From: an uncultured Rhizobiaceae bacterium
GTDB lineage: Bacteria > Pseudomonadota > Alphaproteobacteria > Rhizobiales > Aestuariivirgaceae
NCBI GenBank assembly: GCA_964574205.1
Contig: CAZNLW010000002.1
Location: 1 to 58,370, forward strand
Length of the DNA stretch: 58,370 nt
Direction: 5' to 3'
A model generated the notes under the pieces. That model was not told where the DNA came from and searched no databases. It saw nothing but the letters and a program-made list of their open reading frames with translations. The first letter of the stretch is position 1; every line of letters starts with the position of its first letter. This document shows positions 21,332-31,324 of the stretch, in pieces. Both the position numbers and the translations under genes were made by a program.

Positions 21332-22138
21332 ATGCCGAACAGCGTCTTTTCGCGCATCGACCAGCGCAAGATCTCGGCCGAGGTGGCCCGCCAGATCGAG
21401 GAGCTGATCCTGGAGGGCACGCTCAGGCCCGGGGATCGCCTGCCGGGGGAACGCGATCTGGCCGAGGCCATGGATGTCTCGCGGCCCACCGTGCGCGAGG
21501 CCATCGAGGAGCTGAAGAAACGGGGCCTTCTGCGCACGCAGCATGGCGGGGGCACCTTCGTGGCCGACATCATGGGCTCCATGTTCTCGCAGCCCATGGT
21601 GGAGCTGTTCGCCCGTCATCCCCGCGCCACTTTCGACTTCATCGAGTATCGCGGCGAGATCGAGGCCATTGCCGCCGGCTGGGCAGCGGTGCGTGCCACC
21701 GACACGGACAAGGAGATTCTCACGCGCATCATCAATGACATGGAGCGGGCCGCGCGCGAGGAAAACACGGAACTGGAGGCCAAGCTGGACGTGGACCTGC
21801 ACATGGCCATCGCAGACGCCTCCCACAATCTCATGCTGATCCAGACCGTCCGCTCCATTTTCTCCATGCTGGCGGAAGGCGTGTTCTACAATCGCGAGCT
21901 GGCGGTCAAGCATGGCGCCCGCGGCATGGTGCTCTACGAGAAGCACAAGCGGCTGTATGACGCCGTGATGTCCGGCGATCCGGAGCGGGCCGCCCGCGAG
22001 GCCCGCGGCCACATGGAATACATGGCCGGCATCATGCGCGAGGCCCAGCTGGCCGAGAAGCGCGAGGAAGAGGCTCGCCGTCGCCTGGAGCTGATGCGCG
22101 AATCCCGCACCCGCCGCCGTCGCGTCAGACAGGCGTGA
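21332..22138 (+). CDS. FadR/GntR family regulator (GlcC/LldR/PdhR-like)
   Basis: wHTH LRPGDRLPGERDLA...VSRPTVREA...GGGTFV, plus FCD domain (DVDLHMAIADASHN); divergent from the TRAP operon. Confidence 0.92.
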   Translation: MPNSVFSRIDQRKISAEVARQIEELILEGTLRPGDRLPGERDLAEAMDVSRPTVREAIEELKKRGLLRTQHGGGTFVADIMGSMFSQPMVELFARHPRATFDFIEYRGEIEAIAAGWAAVRATDTDKEILTRIINDMERAAREENTELEAKLDVDLHMAIADASHNLMLIQTVRSIFSMLAEGVFYNRELAVKHGARGMVLYEKHKRLYDAVMSGDPERAAREARGHMEYMAGIMREAQLAEKREEEARRRLELMRESRTRRRRVRQA

Positions 22139-22157
22139 AGCCTGCGGGCAGCGCCGC

Positions 22158-22673
22158 TCATTGCTGGGCCACACCGGGGCCGACACTGCCGATGTTGGAG
22201 AAGATCTGCTGCAGGATGGTCAGCTCGCGGCCGCGCGTGGGAGTCTTGCGATCGGAGATGTTGACGATCTCGCCATCCTCCAGTCCATAGAGCGCGAAAC
22301 TCTTCACCAGGCCGTTGCGATCGAAACGGATGGCAAAGACCTTGCGGTCGATCACCTTCGGTTTCAGGAAGGCCTTCTGCTCCGTCACCGTGGAGATGTA
22401 ATAGTAGCTGTCCCCGTCCACATCCACGGTGGCCGTGGTGGATGGCGTGCCCAGGATGGCCTCCACCTCCGCCTTGCTCATGCCCTCGCGGATCTTCTCG
22501 AAATCGCCCTTGCGCGGCAGATAGCCATGGTGCATCACGTCGGGCGTGCAGGCGGCAAGCCCCGCCGCGCCGGCCAACAAGGCGAGCCACAGCACCTGCC
22601 GGCGGCATGGCCGCCCCGTCTGCCAGCCGCGCCCTGCGGCCCGAAAACCTGGTTGCGGATGCTGTCGGCTCAT
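22158..22673 (-). CDS. bamE: Outer membrane protein assembly factor BamE (start uncertain)
   Basis: Lipobox LAAC, HGY, ILGTPST, YYYIS, TPTRGRELTILQQIFSNIG. Confidence 0.9.
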   Translation of the reverse strand: MSRQHPQPGFRAAGRGWQTGRPCRRQVLWLALLAGAAGLAACTPDVMHHGYLPRKGDFEKIREGMSKAEVEAILGTPSTTATVDVDGDSYYYISTVTEQKAFLKPKVIDRKVFAIRFDRNGLVKSFALYGLEDGEIVNISDRKTPTRGRELTILQQIFSNIGSVGPGVAQQ

Positions 22674-22783
22674 GATCTTCGGCTCCCTGCTCTTCCGGCG
22701 CCTGCCACCGTGCCCCTGGCCTTTCTCTGGTCCGGAGACATGCCGGCCACGGAAGGATATGAACGCACTTCGGAGAGAAATCA

Positions 22784-23335
22784 ATGATCCTCAAGCGCCT
22801 GCTTGCCCGTTTCGATCCCGAGCCGCCCCAGCGCCGTCTCTACAGGCGAATTGTGGAACAGTCGCGGCAGCCGGCCTTCTATGCGGATCTCGGCGTGCCG
22901 GACACGGTCAACGGCCGCTTCGACATGATCACCCTGCACGCCTTTCTCGTCATGAACCGCCTGCGCAGGGAGCGCACACAGGCTGCCGCCGAATTCTCCC
23001 AGGCCCTCTTCGACGAGATGTTCCTGGACATGGACCACAACCTGCGCGAAATGGGCGTGCCCGACACCGGCATCGCCAGGCGTATCCGCCGCATGTCCGA
23101 GGCCTTCTACGGCCGCGTGGCCGCCTATCGGCAGGCTCTTGACGAAAATGACGAGGCGGCATTGAAAGACGCATTCCGCCGCAATATCTTCGAAGGAGAA
23201 GCGGATCCCGTGGCGCTGGAAGCCCTGGCGACATACGTGCACGCGACGGAAGACCGGCTGGCAGCCCAGCCCTACAGGGAACTGGCGGAAGGCAGGGTGG
23301 ATTTTCCGCCCCCGCCCGCACTTCCTGAGGCATGA
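22784..23335 (+). CDS. Ubiquinol-cytochrome c chaperone (Cbp3/UQCC1 family)
   Basis: GVPDTVNGRFDMITLH, DMDHNLREMGV, AFYGR; divergent from bamE as is usual. Confidence 0.88.
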   Translation: MILKRLLARFDPEPPQRRLYRRIVEQSRQPAFYADLGVPDTVNGRFDMITLHAFLVMNRLRRERTQAAAEFSQALFDEMFLDMDHNLREMGVPDTGIARRIRRMSEAFYGRVAAYRQALDENDEAALKDAFRRNIFEGEADPVALEALATYVHATEDRLAAQPYRELAEGRVDFPPPPALPEA

Positions 23336-23400
23336 CATCCCGCTGGCGGCATCGCGCACAGGGAAGATTCGCATTTCTCCAGAAATCCAGGACCGTTCCC

Positions 23401-24024
23401 ATGACACGCAAGACCGAGATGCCCGTCATCGAGCCGGAGTTCTCCCGACCGGTGGAGATCGACAAGATCGGCAAGGATGGCACCATCGAGGAGATCGAAG
23501 CCGGTGCGACGGAGCTCGAGGCGCTGGCCCGCCGCATGAAAGTGCCGGCCATCCGTTCGCTGAAGGCCCGTTTCGAGCTCATGCCCTGGAAGAAGGGCCG
23601 CATCCGCGTGCGCGGCGAGTTCGTGGCCGAGGTGGAGCAGGAATGCGTGCGCACCCTGGAGATCTTCACCGCCACCGTTTCCGAGCCGGTGGAGCGCATC
23701 TACATGAAGCCGGAAGCCGCGGCCACCCGCGAGATCGCCACCGCCGAAGGCCTGGAGGATCCCTTCGCCGAGGATGCACCGGACATCATTGCCAACGACG
23801 TGATCGACATCGGCGAGCTGGCTGCCGAATCCCTGGCCCTCGCCCTGGATCCCTGGCCGCGCAAGCCGGGAACGGATTTCGTCACCTACAGCACGGAGCT
23901 TGGCGGCTACGTGAATGGCCCGGACGCCCTGCCGGTGACCGGCGGCACGAGCACGACCGGGACGGACCGTCCTTCGCCGTTCGCTGGCCTGGCCGTTCTC
24001 AAGGAAAGGCTGGAGCGCAAGTGA
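23401..24024 (+). CDS. DUF177/YceD family protein
   Basis: PEFSRP, QECVRTLE, IDIGELAAESLALALDPWPRKPG, SPFAGL. Confidence 0.88.
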   Translation: MTRKTEMPVIEPEFSRPVEIDKIGKDGTIEEIEAGATELEALARRMKVPAIRSLKARFELMPWKKGRIRVRGEFVAEVEQECVRTLEIFTATVSEPVERIYMKPEAAATREIATAEGLEDPFAEDAPDIIANDVIDIGELAAESLALALDPWPRKPGTDFVTYSTELGGYVNGPDALPVTGGTSTTGTDRPSPFAGLAVLKERLERK

Positions 24025-24174
24025 GACCTGATTCTCCGGTCCGGCCGCGGGAAAGGCCCTGCCCGGGCATTGCCCCCCATTCCGGTTTGCCCTACTAGAA
24101 GGTGACCAGGCACGTCCTGTCGCCGCGATCGCGGATCCCGGAACAGCCGCCGCAATGCAGGGAATGGGGGGCGC

Positions 24175-25146
24175 ATGGGCAACCAGGATCGGAAACCCGT
24201 CCTGAGAGGCCGGCACCTGCTCGGCATCGAACCGCTTTCGGTGCCCGAGATCGAGGCCCTGCTGGACCTGGCCGAGGACTACGTGGCCCTCAACCGCCGG
24301 GCGGAGAAGAAGCTTTCCATCCTGCGCGGCCGCACCCAGATCAACCTCTTCTTCGAGCCCTCCACCCGCACCCAGAGCTCCTTCGAGCTGGCCGGCAAGC
24401 GCCTTGGTGCCGATGTCATGAACATGTCGGTGAAGGGCTCTTCCGTGGCCAAGGGCGAAACCCTGCTGGACACTGCCGTCACGCTCAACGCCATGCATCC
24501 TGACCTGCTGGTGGTGCGCCATCAGCATTCCGGTGCCGTGGATCTGCTGGCGCGCAAGGTCTCCTGTGCGGTGATCAACGCCGGCGATGGCTGGCACGAA
24601 CACCCCACCCAGGCCCTGCTCGATGCCCTCACCATCCGCCGCCACAAGGGTCGGTTGCAGAATCTCGTCATTGCCATCTGTGGCGACATTCTGCACTCGC
24701 GTGTGGCCCGCTCCAACATTCTCCTGCTCATGAAGATGGGCGCACACGTGCGCCTGGTGGCGCCCTCGTCCCTGCTGCCGCCGGCAGCCGACCGGCTGGG
24801 TCCGGAGATTCACACCGACATGCAGAAGGGTCTCAAGGGAGCGGATGTGGTGATGATGCTGCGCCTGCAGAAGGAGCGCATGAACGGCGCCTTCATTCCG
24901 TCCCTGCGAGAATACTATCGGTTCTATGGCCTCAGCGAGGAGAAGCTGGCACTGGCGAAGGACGATGCGCTGGTCATGCATCCCGGCCCGATGAACCGCG
25001 GGGTGGAGATCGCCTCCCGTGTGGCCGATGGCGCGCAATCCGTGATTCGCGAGCAGGTGGAAATGGGCGTGGCCGTGCGCATGGCGGTGATCGATGCACT
25101 GACCCGCAATCTGCAGCAGCCGCAGGACAAGGAGAGCGCGGCATGA
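24175..25146 (+). CDS. pyrB: Aspartate carbamoyltransferase catalytic subunit
   Basis: [34 protein letters not shown]. Confidence 0.97.
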   Translation: MGNQDRKPVLRGRHLLGIEPLSVPEIEALLDLAEDYVALNRRAEKKLSILRGRTQINLFFEPSTRTQSSFELAGKRLGADVMNMSVKGSSVAKGETLLDTAVTLNAMHPDLLVVRHQHSGAVDLLARKVSCAVINAGDGWHEHPTQALLDALTIRRHKGRLQNLVIAICGDILHSRVARSNILLLMKMGAHVRLVAPSSLLPPAADRLGPEIHTDMQKGLKGADVVMMLRLQKERMNGAFIPSLREYYRFYGLSEEKLALAKDDALVMHPGPMNRGVEIASRVADGAQSVIREQVEMGVAVRMAVIDALTRNLQQPQDKESAA

Positions 25147-26492
25147 CCTGGGCCATGCACATGAAGGGCGACGACCGCCGCCGGGCCTTCGTCAATGCCC
25201 GTCTGGTGGATCCGGCGACGGGCCGTGACCAGGCTCCCGGCGGCGTGCTGGTGGAGGACGGCCGCATCCTTGCCACTGGCCCGGATGTCACGGCCGATTC
25301 GGTACGCGCCGCCGAAGTGGTGGATTGTGCAGGGTGTCTGCTCCTGCCCGGGCTCATCGACATGCGCGTCTTCACCGGCGAGCCCGGGAACGAACACCGC
25401 GAGACCCTGCGCTCCGCCTCGCTGGCCGCGGCCGCCGGCGGGGTGAGCGGCATCATCGTCATGCCGGACACCGCCCCGGTCATCGACGAGGCCGCCATCG
25501 TGGATTTCATTCTTCGCCGCGCGCGCGATACGGCGGTGGTGCGGGTGGCGCCCATGGCCGCCATCACCCGCGGGCTCAAGGGCGAATGCATGAGCGAAAT
25601 CGGCCTGTTGCGCGAGGCCGGAGCCGTGGCCCTCACGGACGGCCGTCGCGGCGTGGCCTCGCCCCGCGTGCTGCGACACGCCATGGCCTATGCCCGCGAC
25701 TACGACATGCTCGTCTGCCAGCACGTGCAGGACGACGATCTCGCTGCCGGCGGCGTCATGCACGAGGGCGAACTCTCCGCGCGCCTGGGCCTGCCCGGCA
25801 TTCCCGTGCAGGCGGAAGTGATCATGCTGGAGCGTGACCTCCGCCTGGTGGAACTCACCGGGGCCCGCTATCATGCCATGCAGGTCTCATGCGCCGAATC
25901 CGTGGAGGTCATCCGCCGTGCCAAGGCCGCGGGCCTGCCCGTCACCTGCGGCGTGTCCATCAATCATCTGGTGCTGAACGAGAACGACATCGGCACCTAC
26001 CGCACCTTCTTCAAGCTCTCGCCCCCATTGCGCACGGAGGAGGATCGCCAGGCTCTCGTGGACGGCCTTGTCGATGGCACCATCGACGTCATCGTCTCCA
26101 GCCATGATCCGCAGAGCGCCGACACCAAGCGCCTGCCCTTCGCCGAGGCTGCCTTTGGCGCCGTGGGCGTGGAAACCATGCTCTCCGCCGCACTGTCCCT
26201 TTGGCACACGGGGGCGGTGCCGCTCGTCCGCCTTGTCGAGGCCATGAGCACCACGCCTGCCCGCCTGCTGAACCTGGAAGGCGGCAGCCTCCAGCCGGGG
26301 GCCCCGGCGGATTTCGCCATTGTCGATCCCTGCATGAGCTGGCAGGTCAGACCCGATGCCCTGCATTCCCTGGCCCGCAACACGCCTTTCGAGAATCGCG
26401 TCTTCGACGGCCGTGTCGTGCACACCGTCGTTGCCGGCCGCACCGTCTTCACCTACGATGGCCCTGCGCGCCTGTCGGCACCATCTGCCTGA
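25143..26492 (+). CDS. pyrC: Dihydroorotase family protein, probably the non-catalytic PyrC'-type
   Basis: Amidohydrolase fold (KLSPPLR, HDPQ, NTPF); DMRVF instead of the HxH zinc motif. Confidence 0.85.
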   Translation: MTWAMHMKGDDRRRAFVNARLVDPATGRDQAPGGVLVEDGRILATGPDVTADSVRAAEVVDCAGCLLLPGLIDMRVFTGEPGNEHRETLRSASLAAAAGGVSGIIVMPDTAPVIDEAAIVDFILRRARDTAVVRVAPMAAITRGLKGECMSEIGLLREAGAVALTDGRRGVASPRVLRHAMAYARDYDMLVCQHVQDDDLAAGGVMHEGELSARLGLPGIPVQAEVIMLERDLRLVELTGARYHAMQVSCAESVEVIRRAKAAGLPVTCGVSINHLVLNENDIGTYRTFFKLSPPLRTEEDRQALVDGLVDGTIDVIVSSHDPQSADTKRLPFAEAAFGAVGVETMLSAALSLWHTGAVPLVRLVEAMSTTPARLLNLEGGSLQPGAPADFAIVDPCMSWQVRPDALHSLARNTPFENRVFDGRVVHTVVAGRTVFTYDGPARLSAPSA

Positions 26493-26572
26493 AATGCAGG
26501 AGACACGGGAGCCATGAAGTTGCGTGCACGCTTGATGCACGCGGATGCGGAAGTCGCGAGGGAGGCCCGCTC

Positions 26573-27181
26573 GTGAGTCTCGCCATCGGCATCATGGACG
26601 TGCTGTGGTTCGTCATCGGCTATCTGGCGGGGTCCATCCCCTTTGGCCTGCTGCTCACCAGGATGGCCGGCCTGGGGGATGTGCGCCGCATCGGCTCCGG
26701 CAACATCGGCGCCACCAACGTGTTGCGCACGGGATCGAAGAGACTGGCCGCCGCCACTCTGCTGCTGGACATGCTGAAAGGCCTGCTGCCCACGCTGGCC
26801 GCCGTTCTTGCGGCAGACCTGCCCGCTGCCATGATGGCTGGCGCCGGCGCCTTTGCCGGCCATGTGCTGCCCGTGTGGCTGAAGTTCCGGGGCGGCAAGG
26901 GCGTGGCCACCTTCATCGGTGTCCTCTTCGGCCTGTGGTGGCCGCTGGGCCTGGCCTTCATCGCCATCTGGCTGGCCATGGCCTGGCTCTATCGCATTTC
27001 CTCGCTCTCGGCCCTCACCGCCGCCTCCCTGATGCCGCTCGTGGCCACGCTTGCCGGACACGAGCAGCTGGTGAACTTTCTCTTTTTCCTCGGTGTGGCC
27101 ATATTCATCACCCATCGCGACAACCTCCGTCGCCTCATTCGTGGCGAGGAACCCCGCATCCGTCTGAAGAAGGACGGGTGA
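26573..27181 (+). CDS. plsY: Glycerol-3-phosphate acyltransferase
   Basis: [35 protein letters not shown]. Confidence 0.96.
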   Translation: MSLAIGIMDVLWFVIGYLAGSIPFGLLLTRMAGLGDVRRIGSGNIGATNVLRTGSKRLAAATLLLDMLKGLLPTLAAVLAADLPAAMMAGAGAFAGHVLPVWLKFRGGKGVATFIGVLFGLWWPLGLAFIAIWLAMAWLYRISSLSALTAASLMPLVATLAGHEQLVNFLFFLGVAIFITHRDNLRRLIRGEEPRIRLKKDG

Positions 27182-27267
27182 TGACGTTCTGACACAACTC
27201 TCTGTTGCCTTCGCGCGCCAACCGGACTAACCCCCTGTCCAGGGACAACAGCAGGGGCCTCGGGCGC

Positions 27268-28404
27268 ATGGGCACACCGGAGACACTTCTGACAGACGAG
27301 CAGCGCATCGACTGGCTGCAGCTTTCCCGCAGCGAAAACGTGGGACCGGTGCTTTTCTACCAGCTGGTCAACCGCTACGGCAGTGCCGCGGCCGCCCTCG
27401 AGGCCCTGCCCGGCCTGGCCCGCCGTGGCGGCCGGCGCGGCCTTCGCATCTATCCGCGCGCGCAGGCCCGGGCCGCGCTCGAGGCCGCCGCCCGTCTGGG
27501 CGCCCGCTTCGTGGCCCGTGGCGAGAAGGGCTACCCGCCCCTGCTGCGCCACATTGAGGGGCCGCCACCGCTTCTCTGCATCAGGGGCCGCGACGAGCTG
27601 GCCAACATGCCGCTGGTGGCCATGGTGGGGGCGCGCAACGCCTCCGCTGCCGGGCTGAAGCTGGCGCGCCAGCTGGCCCGTGATGTTGGTCGTGCCGGCT
27701 ACGGCGTGGTCTCGGGCCTGGCCCGCGGCATCGATTCCGCTGCCCACGAGGGCGCGCTGGAGACCGGCACCATCGCCGTGCTCGCTGGCGGCATTGACCG
27801 CATCTACCCGCGCGAGAACGCGCCGCTCATGGAACGCATCGCCGAAACCGGCCTGCTGATCACCGAAATGACGCCGGGCACGGCCCCGCGGGCGGAATTC
27901 TTTCCCCGCCGCAACCGCCTGGTGGCCGGCATGAGCCTGGGCGTGGTGGTGGTGGAGGCGGCATTGCGCTCCGGCTCCCTGATCACCGCGCGGCTGGCGG
28001 CGGAGATGGGCCGCGAGGTCATGGCCGTACCCGGCTCGCCACTGGATCCGCGGGCGGCCGGCACCCTGCGCCTGCTCAAGGCCGGCGCCACCCTGGTGAC
28101 GGACACGACCGACATCCTCGAAACCCTCGCCCCGCTGGCCGCCCGCCCCCTGCCCGAGGCCCGGCCGTTCTCGGATTCGCCCGTGCCCGATGGCGGCCTG
28201 CCCACCCCCGATCCGGACGCAGCCCCGCCCGAAGACCTGCATGCCCGCCTACTTTCCCTGCTCGGTCCCGGCGAGACCGATCTCGATGATCTCATTCGCG
28301 AGTCCGGTCATCCCCCCGGCCTGGTGTTGGCCGCCATCATGGAGCTGGAACTTGCCGGTCTTGTCACCCAGCCCGTGCCCGGCCGCATCGCCCGCTGTCC
28401 GTAA
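27268..28404 (+). CDS. dprA: DNA-processing protein DprA
   Basis: VGARNAS, VSGLARGID, FPRRNRLVAG, VEAALRSGSLITA, AVPGSP. Confidence 0.96.
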   Translation: MGTPETLLTDEQRIDWLQLSRSENVGPVLFYQLVNRYGSAAAALEALPGLARRGGRRGLRIYPRAQARAALEAAARLGARFVARGEKGYPPLLRHIEGPPPLLCIRGRDELANMPLVAMVGARNASAAGLKLARQLARDVGRAGYGVVSGLARGIDSAAHEGALETGTIAVLAGGIDRIYPRENAPLMERIAETGLLITEMTPGTAPRAEFFPRRNRLVAGMSLGVVVVEAALRSGSLITARLAAEMGREVMAVPGSPLDPRAAGTLRLLKAGATLVTDTTDILETLAPLAARPLPEARPFSDSPVPDGGLPTPDPDAAPPEDLHARLLSLLGPGETDLDDLIRESGHPPGLVLAAIMELELAGLVTQPVPGRIARCP

Positions 28405-28420
28405 GGACCGCCCCCAAAAG

Positions 28421-28635
28421 GGAGTCGCATGTGAAGTATAAACAAGGTATTGAGTTGTGTGAATCGCAAGGTTCTGACGATACATCGTCAGAACCTTGCG
28501 ATTCACTCAAGCCGGAAATGCTGTCCTGCTGGCGCCGGGCCGTGCCCTGAGCCAGCAGGACGCATTGTTTTTTCTGAAGATAAGATTTTCCAGCCTGCTC
28601 CGCAGGCTGGAAAACTTTTCTTCACGTTCGGCTCC
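28421..28635 (+). mobile_element. Putative complete MITE-like element (copy D): imperfect TIRs and three hairpins H1-H2-H3
   Basis: Left end GGAGTCGCATGTGAAG vs reverse complement of right end GGAGCCGAACGTGAAG (13/16); perfect 23-bp-arm palindrome at 28459-28506; homologous pieces at five other sites; no TSD or transposase seen. Confidence 0.65.
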
Positions 28636-28667
28636 GTAGGATCAGGGTCCGGAAAGAAAGAGCCGGA

Positions 28668-30104
28668 TCACGTCCCGCGCCGGTGCTGCCGCTCCGCGCG
28701 CAATCGTGCCCACCAGTCCAGACGCTTGCGGATCTCCCGTTCGAAGCCGCGCTCCGGCGGATCGTAGAAGGTCATGCGCCCCGTCTCGGGCGGAAAGTAG
28801 TCCTGGCCGGAAAAGGCATCCGGCTGGTCATGGTCGTAGAGATAGCCCGCGCCATACCCTTCGTCCTTCATCAGACGCGTGGGCGCGTTGAGAATGATCT
28901 TCGGCGGCATCAGCGAACCGGTCTGCCGTGCCGTTTCCAAGGCGGCGCCAAAGGCCCTGTAGACGGCATTGGACTTGGGGGCCGTGGCCAGATAGACCGT
29001 GGCCTGTGCCAGCGCCAGCTCCCCTTCCGGCGAGCCCAGCCGCTCGTAGGCCTCGGCGGCTGCCAGCGCCTGCGGCAGGGCCTGCGGATCGGCAAGACCG
29101 ATGTCCTCGCTGGCCATGCGCACCAGGCGCCGGGCGATGTAGAGCGGATCCTCGCCTGCCACGAGCATGCGGGCCAGCCAGTAGAGCGCCGCGTCCGGAT
29201 CCGACCCGCGCACGGACTTGTGCAGCGCCGAGATGAGATTGTAGTGCCCGTCCCGGCTCCTGTCGTAGAGCGGCAGGCGCTGGCGGATCAGGTGGCGCAG
29301 GTCCTCCACGTCCAGCCGCGCCGGTGCGCCTTCTGCCGCGAGGTCACCGTCTGCCATCCCGCTGCCCGTGGCGGCATGAATGACCTCCACCATGTTCAGC
29401 AGATAGCGGCCATCTCCATCCGCCATGGCGATCAGCGCCGCCCGTGCCGCATCTGTCAGCGGCAGCCGCCAGCCCAGATGCCGCTCGGCCCGCTCCAGCA
29501 GCGTTTCCAGTGCGGCCGCGTCCAGCCGTTTCAGCACCAGCACCTGACAGCGCGACAGCAGCGCGCCATTGAGCGTGAAGGAGGGGTTCTCCGTGGTCGC
29601 CCCGATCAGCGTGATCGTGCCGTCCTCCACCACGGGCAGGAAGCTGTCCTGCTGGGCCCGGTTGAAGCGGTGGATCTCGTCCACGAACAGCACCGTGCCC
29701 CGCCCCTGGGCCCGGCGCCGGCGTGCCGCCTCGAACACTGTCTTCAGCGCCGCAACCCCGGTGAAGATGGCCGAGATCTGCTCGAAATGATCATCCAGCA
29801 CCTGTGCCAGCAAGCGCGCGATGGTCGTCTTGCCCGTGCCCGGTGGCCCCCAGAGAATGAGCGAGGGCAGCCGCCCGGCCTTCAGCATGCGCGTGAGCGT
29901 GCCTTCCGGCCCTGTCAGATGTTCCTGCCCCACCACCTCCTCGAGCGCCCGCGGGCGCAAGACGTCGGCCAGCGGCCGCCGTGTCTCCGGGCCCCCGCCC
30001 CCGGTATCGCCGCTTGCCGGTTTTCCCTCCTGGCGGTCCGCCGTGCCCTCGGTGTCTGGCCCCATGTCACCGAACAGCGCAGGCATTTCCGGATCCTTGC
30101 CCAT
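28668..30104 (-). CDS. rarA: Replication-associated recombination protein A
   Basis: RPLADVLRP, GPPGTGKTT, FVDEIHRFN, GATTENPSF, SALHKSVRGSDPDA, APKSNAVY. Confidence 0.96.
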   Translation of the reverse strand: MGKDPEMPALFGDMGPDTEGTADRQEGKPASGDTGGGGPETRRPLADVLRPRALEEVVGQEHLTGPEGTLTRMLKAGRLPSLILWGPPGTGKTTIARLLAQVLDDHFEQISAIFTGVAALKTVFEAARRRRAQGRGTVLFVDEIHRFNRAQQDSFLPVVEDGTITLIGATTENPSFTLNGALLSRCQVLVLKRLDAAALETLLERAERHLGWRLPLTDAARAALIAMADGDGRYLLNMVEVIHAATGSGMADGDLAAEGAPARLDVEDLRHLIRQRLPLYDRSRDGHYNLISALHKSVRGSDPDAALYWLARMLVAGEDPLYIARRLVRMASEDIGLADPQALPQALAAAEAYERLGSPEGELALAQATVYLATAPKSNAVYRAFGAALETARQTGSLMPPKIILNAPTRLMKDEGYGAGYLYDHDQPDAFSGQDYFPPETGRMTFYDPPERGFEREIRKRLDWWARLRAERQHRRGT

Positions 30105-30295
30105 GGCCACTTCCACCCGTTCGTTGCCGCCCTTCCATTTTCGCCGATTGTTCTCCCGCTGCCGCCTTGATAGCAGCACAGGGATGCGGGATGCAATTTG
30201 CCCACCCATTGCCGCCCATCGCCCCGGGCGCTAATCTGCCTCCATGGTGGCCTGCTCAAGACGCCATGAAAGAAGATCACCGGGGAGGAAACGCC

Positions 30296-31240
30296 ATGTC
30301 CGTCACGAGCCGCCGGCGGCGCCTGCGCTGTCTGCTGCTGGCACCCCTTGTCCTTTTCCTGCTGGCCACTGCCCTGGCCTCTCCCATGTCGGCGCAGGCG
30401 AAGGAGGTTTCCATCCGCCTTGGCCAGCTGGAGCTGCTGGGCAACCTGGAACGGGCCGAGGGCAAGGACATTGCCGATGGCGTGCTGCTCATCACCCACG
30501 GCACCCTGGCCCACAACCGCATGGAACTCATTCGTGCCCTGCAGGACCTGCTGAAGGAGCGCGGCATCAGCACCCTCGCCATCAACCTGTCGCTGGGCAT
30601 CACCCGCCGCCGCGGCATGTATGACTGCCGGCAGCCCATGCGCCATCGCCATGAGGATGCCGTGGCCGAGATCGCCGCCTGGGTGGACTGGCTCAGACGC
30701 CGCGGCGCAAGGGAGATCTGGCTGCTTGGCCACTCCCGCGGCGGCAACCAGACAGCCTGGTATGCCGCCACCATGGCCGACCCGGCCGTGACGAAAGTGA
30801 TCCTGCTGGCGCCCATGACGGATGACGAGAAGACGGCGGCAGCTTCATACGAGAAGCGTTTCGGCGTGCCGCTTGCCCCGATGCTGGCCCAGGCCCGCGA
30901 CTTCCGGGCCGCCGGCCGCGGCGGGGATCCCATGGAGCTGCCCGGCATCCTCTATTGCAAGGACGCGCTGGCAACACCAGACAGCTTTCTCAGCTACCAT
31001 GCGCCGGATCCGCGCCGCGACACTCTCTACTGGCTGCCGAAAATCAGGGTGCCGGTGCTGGTGATCGCCGCCAGTGACGATCAGGTGGTGCCGGACCTGA
31101 TCGAGAAGGTGAAGCCGCTGGCTGACGGCAAGCGCATCCGGCTGCAGGTGATCGACGCCGATCACTTCTTCCGCGACTTTGCGGCGGAAGACGCGGCCGA
31201 TGCCATCACCGCCTTCATCAGGGGCGAAAGGGCCGAGTGA
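30296..31240 (+). CDS. Exported alpha/beta hydrolase
   Basis: Signal peptide ending in AQA; THGTL oxyanion region; GHSRGG nucleophile elbow; DDQVV Asp; ADHFF His. Confidence 0.8.
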   Translation: MSVTSRRRRLRCLLLAPLVLFLLATALASPMSAQAKEVSIRLGQLELLGNLERAEGKDIADGVLLITHGTLAHNRMELIRALQDLLKERGISTLAINLSLGITRRRGMYDCRQPMRHRHEDAVAEIAAWVDWLRRRGAREIWLLGHSRGGNQTAWYAATMADPAVTKVILLAPMTDDEKTAAASYEKRFGVPLAPMLAQARDFRAAGRGGDPMELPGILYCKDALATPDSFLSYHAPDPRRDTLYWLPKIRVPVLVIAASDDQVVPDLIEKVKPLADGKRIRLQVIDADHFFRDFAAEDAADAITAFIRGERAE

Positions 31241-31324
31241 AGGCCCCATCCTTCAAGACCCTACCGAACCTCTCGTTGAACACTTTGGCGGCGAAAGGGC
31301 CGATGAAGGTCCCATCCTTCAAGA
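31223..31324. repeat. 36/35-bp direct repeat with a 31-bp spacer at a convergent gene junction
   Basis: GGCGAAAGGGCCGAGTGAAGGCCCCATCCTTCAAGA (31223-31258) and GGCGAAAGGGCCGATGAAGGTCCCATCCTTCAAGA (31290-31324). Confidence 0.85.

Noticed and set aside
28249-28767. Small ORFs sharing the peptide NRKVLT..RQ.LAIH with ORFs at 4194-4601 and 4548-5294
   Set aside because: The similarity comes from reading through the palindromic H1 repeat on both strands; no RBS or coding evidence
31223-31324. CRISPR array
   Set aside because: Only two repeats, both overlapping stop codons, with no leader and no cas genes; kept only as a direct-repeat scar
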